From: Eledone cirrhosa
Taxonomy: Eukaryota
Length of the DNA: 43,251 nucleotides
Assembly: GCA_964016885.1 (NCBI GenBank)
Contig: CAXHJY010000936.1
Coordinates: 1 to 43,251, forward strand
Direction: 5' to 3'
The position numbers were made by a program, and so were the translations under genes. The notes beneath the pieces are model-generated. The model was not told the DNA's origin and did not search any database. It saw only the letters and a list, made by a program, of their open reading frames with translations. Below, one piece after another: positions 30,499 to 43,251 of the stretch. Within the stretch, counting starts at the first letter, position 1, and every line of letters starts with the position of its first letter.

Positions 30499-30746
30499 GT
30501 ATATATATATATGTATGTATATATATATATATATGTATATATATATGTATATATGTATGTATACATGTGCATATATATGTTATATATATATATATGTATG
30601 TATATATATATGTATGTATATATGTATGTATATATGTATATATATGTATGTATATATGTATGTATATATGTATATATATGTATGTATATATGTATGTATA
30701 TATGTATATATATATGTATGTATATATGTATGTATATATGTATATA

Positions 30747-30796
<50 letters not shown>

Positions 30797-31079
30797 TATA
30801 TGTTTCTATATATATATATATATATATATATATGCATATATATGTTTGTATATATATATATTTTTATATATATGTATATATTTTTATATATATATTTATA
30901 TGTATATATATGTATATATTTTTATATATATATTTATATGTATATATTATATATATGTATATATATATATGTATATATATGTATATATATATATATGCAT
31001 ATATATATATGCATATATATGTTATATATATATATATGCATATATATGTATGTATATATATATATATATATATATATGC

Positions 31080-31125
<46 letters not shown>

Positions 31126-31289
31126 GTATGTATATATATATTATATATATGTATATATATGTATGTATATATATATTATATATATGCATATATATGTATA
31201 TATATATATATATTTATATATGCATATATATGTATATGTATATATATATATATGTATATATATGTATATATATATTATATATATGCATA

Positions 31290-31320
<31 letters not shown>

Positions 31321-31491
31321 ATGCATATATATGTATGTATATATATATATATATATATGCATATGTATATATATATATATATGCATATGTATATATATAT
31401 GTATATATATACATATATATATGCATATGTATATATATATGCATATGTATATATATATGTATATGTATATATATATGTATATGTATATGTA

Positions 31492-31535
<44 letters not shown>

Positions 31536-31587
31536 CATACATACATATATGCATATATATGTATGTAGTATATATATATATATATAT
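30158..31587. repeat. (TA)n/(TATG)n microsatellite block
   Basis: Direct inspection; opposite polarity (TATG) to most upstream blocks. Confidence 0.96.
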
Positions 31588-31978
31588 AAAGAAAGAATGA
31601 AAGTTGAAATATCGAAGAGAATACTATATATATATATTTATACTTCAAAGAAAACAGAAGGTCAGATTTAATGTTGCAGATATCCCAATACGTGTATGTA
31701 TAGGTTACTTACATCATCAGATCATCAGATCATGACGTAAGACATATGTATAGATACTGTATACACACGAAGGATTATTGCCCATCCTTAGGTTTCATGA
31801 TCTGACAAGAATCGACGGCTATTAGGCACTTATTTACAAAATATATGAATAAGATTTTGGGCAAAAGTCTCATGAGATATTATAAAAAGTCTCGCAGGAA
31901 GCTGTAAATTTAACAAATCTATTCTTGTGGAATGGGGAAGTAACTCCGCAATTTATATTTGCAGTGAAACCGAATGAT

Positions 31979-32255
31979 GCGCAAACATTTTTTTTTTAGT
32001 GTCATTGAATCATAAAATATTAGCTATGATTTTTTTCATAGAGCGTGCTTATTTCTTCTAGTTGATTCTCTCACTACATACACACATACATACATATATA
32101 TATATATATACATATATGTATATAGTGTCCCCAAAAATGTATGCAAACATTTTTTTTTTAGTGTCATTGAATCATAAAATATTAGCTCTGATTTTTTTCA
32201 TAGAGAGTGCTTATTTCTTCTAGTTGATTATTTCACTACATACACACATACATGA

Positions 32256-32288
<33 letters not shown>

Positions 32289-32320
32289 CATATATGTATA
32301 TAGTGTCCCCAAAAATGTAT
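31979..32320. repeat. tandem duplication of a ~160-175-bp unit
   Basis: GCAAACATTTTTTTTTTAGTGTCATTGAATCATAAAATATTAGCT...TAGTGTCCCCAAAAATGTAT occurs twice. Confidence 0.9.
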
Positions 32321-32360
32321 TCTCACTTCAACAGCATTCTAAGAAATATTGCCTGTACAG

Positions 32361-32377
32361 TGTGTGTGTGTGTCTAC

Positions 32378-32409
<32 letters not shown>

Positions 32410-32413
32410 CGCA

Positions 32414-32459
<46 letters not shown>

Positions 32460-32530
32460 TGTGTGTGTGTGTGTGTCTGTGTGTGTGTGTGTGTGTATGT
32501 GTGTGTGTGTGTGTGTGTCTGTGTGTGTGT

Positions 32531-32564
<34 letters not shown>

Positions 32565-32597
32565 CTGTGTCTGTGTCTGTGTCTGTGTGTGTGTGTC
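32361..32597. repeat. (TG)n imperfect microsatellite
   Basis: Direct inspection. Confidence 0.95.
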
Positions 32598-32910
32598 TAG
32601 TACTGTCGGGAACAAATGACGAAATTCTTATTAACTATGACGCAACCATCACAATTCTCCCCCCACCCACCCCACTTAACTCCTGCCATTAAATGTGTTA
32701 TTTTTCCTTTATTCATTAATATTATAAGTTTTCCAGACATAACCTTTATCATTTCCATTGGTTATGGATTAATCGATTATTAAATTTGATTAACACGCTT
32801 TAGATATACTTGACACCATCGGAAGATGAATTAATTAAACAGACTGCGTGTGTATTGTTTACGTTTGTGTATATACGGTCTATATACATACTTGTCTATA
32901 CACATAACTT

Positions 32911-33048
32911 GTAGAATCATTAGAATGTCAGATAGAATGCTTTATCGTATTCGTTTCGGCTCTCTGAGGTCAAATTCTGCCGGTCAACTTTGCCTTTCAA
33001 CCTTTCGAGTTCGATATAAAATTGTACCAGTCTCGTGCTGGGGTCGAT
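32911..33048 (+). mobile_element. diverged tRNA-derived SINE
   Basis: GAGGTCAAATTCTGCC, AACTTTGCCTTTCAACCTTTC, GTACCAGT..CTGGGGTCGAT. Confidence 0.75.
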
Positions 33049-33240
33049 TCTTCCTCTATATCTCTTTCTTATTTCCTCCCTCTCTCACGTTTTCTCTTTA
33101 TCTTTCTCTAGAAGAAATCTTCTGTACACAGGCCTGGATAGGGATGGTCTCTGCTAGGGTTAAAATGCCAAAGAGACACAGTATGTCAATACGGCACCCC
33201 TACGTCTCTATCAGAAATTACAGGAGCATACATACATAAT

Positions 33241-33429
33241 ATAATTGTTTCTACTTTAGGCACAAGGCCAGCAATTATCCAGTGCATTACTGGTACTTTA
33301 TTTTATCGACACCGTAAGGATGAAAGGCAAAGTCAACCTCGGCGGGATTTGAACTCAGATCGTAAAGGGACGTAACTATGCTGGAAAGCATGGCGTCCGA
33401 CCCTCCACAGATACTGCCAATCCACCGCC
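33241..33429 (-). mobile_element. full-length tRNA-derived SINE
   Basis: Close match to 3016-3196 and 3203-3365; B-box GAGTTCAAATCCC on minus. Confidence 0.88.
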
Positions 33430-33779
33430 AATATAATACCAGTCTAGTACTGGGGTCGATTCTTCCTCTATATCTCTTTCTCATTCATCTCTCTCTTTCA
33501 CTTTCTATCTTTCTCTGGAAGAAATCTGCTGTACTCAGGCCTAGTAAAAATGGATGGCTCCGCCAGGCTTCAAATGCCAGAGAATTGGTGTGTCAACACG
33601 GCGCCCCTACGTCTCTATCAGGAGATATGGGACCATACCATATATATACACTGTAGGTTCTAAGAGGAGATAACTCCTAAGTAGTGCACCACAGTTTAAT
33701 AATTTATTGTACTACGACATTCACTAAAAGGATTGACAAAGAAACTAAGGCGCGGTTTGATTAGTTTGTTAGACGTAAT

Positions 33780-33831
<52 letters not shown>

Positions 33832-33896
33832 CCCCTTCTCTACAGTCCAATGAGCGAAAACGATAAATGAATATCAACACACAGACACACGCAAAG

Positions 33897-33948
<52 letters not shown>

Positions 33949-34093
33949 GTATCTATGTATGTATGTGAGTGTATGTGTGAATTCATTGTATACATACACG
34001 CACATATATGTATATATAAATATATATATATATGTATATATGTGTATATATATATATAGTATATATATACACACACACAAACACATATATGTG

Positions 34094-34127
<34 letters not shown>

Positions 34128-34242
34128 AGAGTGTGTGTATGCGTGTGTGTGTTATGGGTTCGTGTACACACCACTTAAGTGATATTTAGTTTTTAGTCCC
34201 AGTAGCAAACAAAGAACAGATATTGACATGATTATTACTATA

Positions 34243-34362
34243 AGTGGTAGTAGTGGTGGAAGTAGTAGCAGTAGTAGTAGTACTGGTAGTAGTAGTAGTA
34301 GTAATGGTAGCAGTAGTAGTAGCAGTAGTAGTAGTGGTAATAGTAGTAGTAGTAGTAGTAGT
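34243..34362. repeat. (AGT)n microsatellite
   Basis: Direct inspection. Confidence 0.95.
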
Positions 34363-34520
34363 AGGCCTTCAATACGATTGATTGCGTTGTTGCTTTTATA
34401 TATTTATTTATCATTTATACACACATATATATATATATATACACACACATATATATATATGTATATACACACACATATATATATATACACATACATAGAC
34501 ACATACATACATACGCACAC

Positions 34521-34557
<37 letters not shown>

Positions 34558-34638
34558 TATACATACATACATACATATATATATGTATATACACAGACAT
34601 ATATATATTACTTTATGTCATGTGTTTAAGCGTACGAA

Positions 34639-35110
<472 letters not shown>

Positions 35111-35111
35111 C

Positions 35112-35155
<44 letters not shown>

Positions 35156-35497
35156 CTTTATGTCATGTGTTTAGACGTAGGAATTTCACACCAGACAAGA
35201 CAAATATAACTCAGATTTATTAGAGAATTTGATTGAAGTCGTCATCGACATTGTTTTAGCTAAAATACTAAAGTTTCTCTCGACTGGAATCTGTTAATAT
35301 TGGCTGCTGAACATTTTCCCATCAAATTATAACGTGATATTGATCATTCCTTGATTGTCTACTAACCTAATACCCATGTGTTGGCGTTTTTCCTACTGTG
35401 ATATCTTTTAATGATATTATCTATCTATGTATTTGTGTATATATATGTGTGTATATATATGTGTGTGTATATATATGTGTATATATATGTGTGTGTA

Positions 35498-35530
<33 letters not shown>

Positions 35531-35545
35531 TGGTGTATATACACG

Positions 35546-35584
<39 letters not shown>

Positions 35585-35595
35585 GTGTATATATG

Positions 35596-35792
35596 TATTT
35601 AATATAAAATGCCTTCTACAGGACTAGAACTGTTTCATTCGAGAGAAATCATCGGGATGCTTGCTGATGATTTCTCTCGAATGAAACAATTTTAGTCCTG
35701 TAGAAGTACTTTCTATATTAAATATTTATACTTTGCTATGTATTGAGTACATTACTTACTGTGGTTACCCCCGATTGAACCCGGGATAAACA
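35596..35792 (+). mobile_element. fold-back mini-element with two head-to-head hammerhead copies
   Basis: Inverted repeat 35596-35724. Plus arm GCTTG-CTGATGA(35664-70)-TTTCTCTCGAAT-GAAA-CA..TGTA-GAAGT; minus arm CCGATGA..GAAACAG-TTCTAGTC-CTGTA-GAAGG. Tail 35740-35792 is the reverse complement of 28216-28270. Confidence 0.8.
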
Positions 35793-35819
35793 TTATATAT
35801 ATATATATATATATATATA

Positions 35820-35954
35820 CGAAGGAAATGTGGTAAGGAACCAGGTGGACCATTACGCACCAAAGTACTCAATACTTAGGGTAGTAGAGTGGGTAACAGG
35901 AACGAGTAGGACCCCGACGGCTTGAGCTCAGCCGTCGGGGTCCTACTCGTTCCT
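35820..35954 (-). mobile_element. fold-back mini-element (family of 24712) centred on stem-III palindrome
   Basis: 35820-35936 is the reverse complement of about 24783-24898; inverted repeat 35898-35954 centred on GACGGCTTGAGCTCAGCCGTC. Confidence 0.8.
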
Positions 35955-36098
35955 ATATATATATATATATATGTAGGAGGTGAGTTTTATTGTAGTACAA
36001 TAAAGCAATGCAGATATCGGATAAAAAGCACTCTACAGTTTGTAGGACTGGAGTATACATAATATAAGAACAAAAGATGGTTAAAAGAGTTCCATGTA

Positions 36099-36165
36099 TT
36101 TTATTATGCGCATTTCAAAAACAAATATCATCATGCAATAATATTTGTGTTTTCATCAGATAAAA
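36099..36165 (-). ncRNA. type-I hammerhead ribozyme (PLE3 3' end)
   Basis: Minus: TTTTAT-CTGATGA-AAAC-ACAAATAT...ATATTTGT-TTTT-GAAA-T-GCGC-ATA-ATAAAA; perfect stem I; palindromic ATGCGCAT. Confidence 0.85.
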
Positions 36166-36530
36166 CAGGAAGACATGATATGAAGGTTAAAAAACACTTG
36201 TGGATAGTGCAGTTTTAAATCAACATATGAGAAGTAGTTTTAGATTGATGTGTGATATTGGGAAAAATATTTTATTTTTAGGGGGTGGGGGTGGAAAGGA
36301 TGAAAAAGAGGAGGAGATGAGAGTAAAAAGTGGAGAGGGAGCAGTATAATGAGGAAGGATGAGATAGGAGGAGAGATGGGTGATAGAGAGAGAGATAGCT
36401 TTTATAACTGAGAAAGATATATTGTTTTACATAGAGAGGTTGAAAACCGTTGGAAGATAATGTATAAATTAAAAGAATTTGAAAATTAACGAAGAGAAAA
36501 TTAATGTAAAGTTAAGGTTTGTATATTGAG

Positions 36531-36697
36531 GGGTTTAATAATATGTGCGATGAAAAGAAAATGTTAATATGTATTAAGAATAATATTTAAGGGTTTAATA
36601 ACATGTGCGATGGAAAGAAAAATTTAATATGTATTAAGAATGATATTTAAGGGTTTAATAATATGTGCGATGGAAAGAAAATGTTGATATGCATTAT
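36531..36697. repeat. 60-bp tandem repeat (about 2.8 copies) in PLE3 UTR
   Basis: GGGTTTAATAATATGTGCGATG.AAAGAAA at 36531, 36591, 36651. Confidence 0.92.
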
Positions 36698-37898
36698 TAA
36701 AAAGAACAACAGGTAATTTAAGTAAGGATATATTGTGAGATGAGCATGAATGAGTTAGATGAAAGGGAGTAAAGAATAATGAATTGAGGATGAATAATCT
36801 AACGTCAAACATTTTTTTATGTTTACGAAGGATTTTTACAAGGTGTATAGAGTAAGAATGTATTGTATTATGTAATAATTGATTCTATGTTAGGCAACAG
36901 TGAGAAAAGGTACAGATTAGGGTTAGACATTAAAAGAAAAAAAGAAAGGGAAGTGATAAATAGGAGCGATATAGAATGAGTAACAAGTATTATAGAATGT
37001 ATAATAACCTTTGAAATGAGGTAGAAAGATGGGTATATTTTTAAAGAAGTGTATATATATATATATGTGCCTTTGAGAAAAAAATTCTAAATTGATAAAG
37101 ATTTGGATATTAGCTGTATACTTTGTGGAATGTTTTGTGGAATTTATGCCAGCAGATAGAAAACAAGTCAGTGCGTCGACTTATAAGAGAATCTAAATTA
37201 GATATAATGGTAAATTTTCATTTAGACAGAGATTGCAAGTCTTAGATAGAGAACTGTTCAAGTATGAAGATGCAGAAGAAACCTTCTTCCAAAAGATGCT
37301 ATATTCAATATTTTTGTCTTTCAAGGACCATATGAGTTCTGAGAGAGCCGTGTTGGTTCTTTTAAGTTTGTATTTAAAAGACGAATGATGGTTATAAAGA
37401 CGAGCTTTAAAAGAGGTGGAAGTGGAGCCAAAATAGGTGAAGGAACTGGTGTCAGTTATAACTTTACATTCGTAAATTAAGTTTCTGTCAAGATAATGGT
37501 TGTTGAGAGGACATTTATTTTTAACAGGGCAATTGCAATTGCAATTAGAGAGATTATTAATGAGTGACCTAGTGTTGTCTATAGAAGGAATTGGATTGGA
37601 GAAGTTATTTGCGATAGGAATAATAGTTTCTTGAAGAAATCAAGAAACTATTATTATATATGTATATATATATATATATTATATATGTATATATATATTA
37701 TATATATATATACATATGTGTATATTATATGTATATATGTATATTACGTGTATATATCTATTATATATATGTATAAAAATATATTATATATATGTATATA
37801 TATATATCTATATATATATACATATGTGTATATACATATTATATCTATATATATATTATATATATATTACATATGTGTATATACATATTATATCTATA

Positions 37899-37973
<75 letters not shown>

Positions 37974-37980
37974 TATATAT

Positions 37981-39205
37981 ACTCTTTTACTCTTTTACCT
38001 GTTTCAGCCATCCGGCTGAGGCCATGCTGGGGCACCGCCCTTGTTGCTACACATTTTATCTCCAGCCTGTATAGGTTGGCCACTGGTGTAGGAGGGAGTT
38101 TGTTTGCTGCTACCCTTAGGTTTCCCTCGTGTCTTGCTGTGGGCTCATCCGGGATCCTGGAAACAAGGTGTCGAGATGTTTCTTAAAGACATCCACCTCC
38201 ACGTCATGCAAGTCTCGCAGATGCCTCGGCAGCCTGTTGAAGAGTTGAGGGCCCTTGAATCCCAGGCTATTGCAATACCTGCTCCTTATTCTAGATGTGG
38301 AAGACGGGACCTTTGGCACCACACAGTGACGGTCCTGTTCGACGGTTGGTCCAGCTCCCAATGCCAAAGTTTTGGTGCTAGTCCCTCCAGGATTTTCCAC
38401 ATGTAGATCACTGCGTATCTCTCCCGTCTTCGCTCCAAGGAGTAGAGGTTCAGTTCCTTCAGCCTCTCCAGTAGCTTGTCTCCCTCATCTTGGCAATCCT
38501 CTTGGTGTAGCTTCGCTGGATTGCCTCAAGCTCTGTGGTTAGTTTGACACTATGGGGTGACCACAGCTGGGAGCAGTAGTCCAGGCGGCTTAGGACAAAA
38601 GTCCTCCACAGTGTCAACATGGTGTCTCGATCTCTTGTAAGGAAAGTCCTCAAGATCCAGCCAGCGAATCGTCTACATGCTGTCGCCACCTTCATGATGT
38701 GTGAAGAAAAAGTGCATCATCGCTCATGTCTATGCCCAGGTCTCGTCTCGATTTTGACACGGGGATATCGGTCCCTCCTGGTCCTGTGTAGCTGTGTTCC
38801 GCAATATTTGTGTTTGTGTTTGCAGGTTTGTATTGTAGGGCTTGGAATTTGCCAGCATTAAAACTGCATGTTGTTTTTCTTCCGCCCATCTGTATATGGC
38901 ATCCAGATCCTGCTGTAAGAGGGCAGCGTCAGCCGGGTTTTTGATTGCCTGTGCTACCTTAGTGTCATCAGCATAGCTAGTGAGGGATGTTGTTGCATGC
39001 ACCACAGAGGGCATGTCCGAGAGAGCCACCAAAAACAGTAGTGGTCCCAGGACTGTCCCCTGAGGCACCCCACTTGTTATCGGTGTTTCCCTCGAGAGGG
39101 CCCCATTTGCTGCGACTGCCTGGCTTCTGTCCCTCAGGAAGCCATGCAGCCACTCACCTACTTTTCCAGTTATGCCGAGTCCGTGTAGTTTGTGGACATA
39201 TCATA
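37981..39205 (-). mobile_element. 5'-truncated CR1/L2-group LINE RT fragment (frameshifted), second family
   Basis: [49 protein letters not shown]; 3' UTR GGCGGTGCCCCAGCATGGCC...(GTAAAAGA)2 tail running into (TA)n. Confidence 0.92.
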
Positions 39206-39401
39206 TGTATATATATATTATATGTATATGTATATATATATATTATATATATATATATGTATATATTATATATATATATATGTATATATTATATATATAT
39301 ATGTATATATATATATTATATATATATATATGTTATATATTATATATATATATGTATATATTATATATATATATTATATATATATATGTATTATATATAT
39401 G

Positions 39402-39432
<31 letters not shown>

Positions 39433-39783
39433 GTATATATATATATATGTATATATATATATAATATATATATGTTATATATATTTACATATATATATAT
39501 AGATATTATATATATATAATATATTATATATATGTATATAGATATATATGTATATATATATATAATATATATATGTATATATATATTATATATATGTATA
39601 TAGATATATATGTATATATATATATAATATATATATGTATATATATATTATATATATGTATATAGATATATATGTATATATATATATAATATATATATGT
39701 ATATATAATTTATATATATGTATATATTATGTATTATATATATGTATATATATATATGTATATATATATATAATATATATATG

Positions 39784-39814
<31 letters not shown>

Positions 39815-40189
39815 TATGTATATATTATATGTATATATATATATAATATATATATGTATATATATATATAATATATATATGTATATATATATATGTATAT
39901 ATATATATAATATATATATGTATATATATATATTATATATATGTATATATATATATGTATATATATATAATATATATATGTATATATAATATATATATAT
40001 ATGTATATATATATATAATATATATATGTATATTATATAATATATATATATATGAATATATCTATATATATATATATAATATATATATATGTATATATAT
40101 ATATATAATATATATATATATACATAAATATATATATATATACATAGATATATATATATACATATATATATATATATTATATATATGTA

Positions 40190-40236
<47 letters not shown>

Positions 40237-40496
40237 GTATATATATATATATTATATATATATATATAAGTATTATATAATATCATATATATATATATAT
40301 TATATTATATATATGTATATATATATATTATATATATGTATATATATATTATATATATGTATATATATATTATATATGTATATATATATTATATATGTAT
40401 ATATATATTATATATGTATTTTATATATATTATATATATAATATATATATAATATATATATATATATATTTATATATATGTATATATATATATATA

Positions 40497-40550
<54 letters not shown>

Positions 40551-40554
40551 TATA

Positions 40555-40596
<42 letters not shown>

Positions 40597-40631
40597 GTAT
40601 ATATATATATATTTATATATATATATATAAG

Positions 40632-40677
<46 letters not shown>

Positions 40678-41299
40678 GTATATATATATATTATATATAT
40701 GTATATATATATTATATATGTATATATATATTATATATGTATATATATATTATATATGTATATATATATTATATATGCATATATATATATTATATATATA
40801 TACATATATATAAATATATATATAATATATATATATATATTATATATATGTATATATATATATTATATATATACATATATATATATATATATTATATATA
40901 TGTATATATATATATTATATATATGTATATATATATTATATATGTATATATATATTATATATGTATACATATATATAAATATATATATAATATATATATA
41001 TATATTATATATAGGTATATATATTATATATGTATATATATATATCATATATGTATATATATATTATATATATATATATTATATATGTATACATATATAT
41101 AAATATATATATAATATATATATATATATTATATATAGGTAATATATTATATATGTATTATTAATTATCATATATGTATATATATATATATATATATATT
41201 ATATATCTATAGTATATATATTATATATGTATATATATATATTATATATGTATATATATATATTATATATGTATAATATATATATATTTATATATATAT

Positions 41300-41350
<51 letters not shown>

Positions 41351-41470
41351 ATACATATACATATATATAATATTATATATATATATATATTATATACATA
41401 TATATATAATATATACATATACATATATATATATATACATATATATATAATATATATATATACATATACA
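39206..41470. repeat. (TA)n microsatellite block
   Basis: Direct inspection. Confidence 0.97.
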
Positions 41471-41512
41471 ATATTAAATAAATGGAAAACTATATTTATA
41501 AAACCATATTTA

Positions 41513-41574
41513 TTTCATTATATATATTTCGGGGATATCATATTAACAATATGCTATGCCTTCATCAGACAAAA
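41513..41574 (-). ncRNA. minimal type-I hammerhead ribozyme (family of 28538)
   Basis: Minus: TTTTGT-CTGATGA-aGG..CATATT-GTT-AATATG..CCc-GAAA-T-ATAT-ATA-ATGAAA; shares TCATCAGACAAAATA with 28576-90; island 41470-42125 resembles a PLE 3' UTR. Confidence 0.75.
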
Positions 41575-42124
41575 TACAATATAAACAGTTTTATAGATAA
41601 ATATATTCGACATACCGTAATAAACATCAACTTCATTTGAAGAGGTTCACTCTAGCAGTGAAAACACAGAGAGAAAGAAAGAGAGAGAGAAAAGAGGGAA
41701 ATAAGAAAGAAAGAAAGACAAAACGAAGAAAAGGAAGAAAAAGAAGAAAAAGAAGAAATGCATGGGACAAAATAGAGAGATGGAAAAATAGATAAAGCGA
41801 AGAGCTTCATGTAAAGAGGACCGAAAGAGATATATATATATATATAGAGAGAGAGGAAATAGAGATAGATACATATATAAATATAGATATAGAAAAATTA
41901 GGTAGTGGGAGGTCATTTTGAGTAAGTGTATCAATGATGCATTTATTTATTTATTTATTTATTTATTTTATTTATTTAGCTCAAGTATTAATGTAAGGGA
42001 GATATAGAGAGATATAGAGAGATATAGAGAGAGAAAAATTTAAAAATAGCCAGACATATTCGAGGCGTAGAAAACCCTATGTTTTAATGTATTAGTATTT
42101 ATAAACTTACACTATATTGTAAAT

Positions 42125-42175
42125 ATCATATATATATATTATATACATATATATATATTATATACATATATATAC

Positions 42176-42206
<31 letters not shown>

Positions 42207-42361
42207 CATATATATATAATATATATATATACATATATATATATTATATACATATATATATATTATAATATACATATATATATATATTATATACATATAT
42301 GTATATATATATATAATATATATATATATTATATATATATATATATATATTATATACATAT

Positions 42362-42397
<36 letters not shown>

Positions 42398-42415
42398 CAT
42401 ATATATAATATATAT

Positions 42416-42466
<51 letters not shown>

Positions 42467-42918
42467 TATATACATGTATATATATATATAAATATATATA
42501 TATATTATATATATATATATATATTATATACATATTATATATATATATAAATATATACATATATATGTATATATATTATATACATGTATATATATATATA
42601 TAATATATATATATATTATATATATATATATATATATTATATACATATATATATATAAATATATACATATATATGTATATATATATATTATATATACATA
42701 TATATGTATATTTAAATATTATATATATACATATATATATATATACATATATATATATAAATATATACATATATATGTATATATATATATTATATATACA
42801 AATATATGTATATTTATATATTATATATATACAATATATATATATTTATATATTATATATATACATATATATATATACATATATAATATATATATATAAA
42901 TATATACATATATATGTA

Positions 42919-42964
<46 letters not shown>

Positions 42965-43098
42965 ATATACATATATATATATAAATATATACATATATAT
43001 GTATATATATATATTATATATATACATATATATATTAATATTATATATATATATATATTATATATATATATATACATATATATTATATATATATATAT

Positions 43099-43131
<33 letters not shown>

Positions 43132-43135
43132 TACA

Positions 43136-43168
<33 letters not shown>

Positions 43169-43251
43169 CATACATACATACATATATATATACATATATA
43201 TTATATACATTATATATTATATATATATATATATAATATACATTACATACA
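42125..43251. repeat. (TA)n microsatellite block
   Basis: Direct inspection. Confidence 0.97.

Larger units (their letters stand above)
35972..37645 (-). mobile_element. Penelope-like element 3 (3' fragment: GIY-YIG, long UTR, hammerhead)
   Basis: Hand translation of minus 37110-37560: CNCPVKNKCPLNNHYLDRNLIYECKV...YFGSTSTSFKARLYNHHSSF...ALSELIWSLK, then with frameshifts CNLCLNE and LISRRTDLFSICWH; (TA)n flanks. Confidence 0.85.

Noticed and set aside
31660-31732. Two CTGATGA motifs on the minus strand
   Set aside because: Arise from a short ATCATCAG duplication; no GAAA or stem III at a suitable position

Overview
This is a eukaryotic, extremely AT-rich non-genic window. More than half of it is compound (TA)n/(TACA)n microsatellite, and nearly all long ORFs in the track (poly-YI/HI/VC) are artefacts of those repeats. 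The SINE families and microsatellite load suggest an octopus/cephalopod genome (inference). No host gene is recognisable. The islands between microsatellites are transposon-derived: two 5'-truncated CR1/L2-group LINE RT fragments, three Penelope-like element (PLE) remnants with GIY-YIG endonuclease, tRNA-derived SINEs (one with a tandemly amplified ~120-bp tail), a non-autonomous Helitron and a Tc1/pogo-type MITE. The main unexplained signal is about 9-10 type-I hammerhead ribozyme (HHR) cores plus several half-cores between 9.8 and 41.6 kb. Most have a palindromic minimal stem III, several have very large stem-II insertions, and several have AATAAA just downstream. At least four small non-coding insertions, mostly in (TA)n, are long fold-back palindromes whose symmetry axis lies inside a hammerhead. 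All folds were paired by eye; none was computed or tested.
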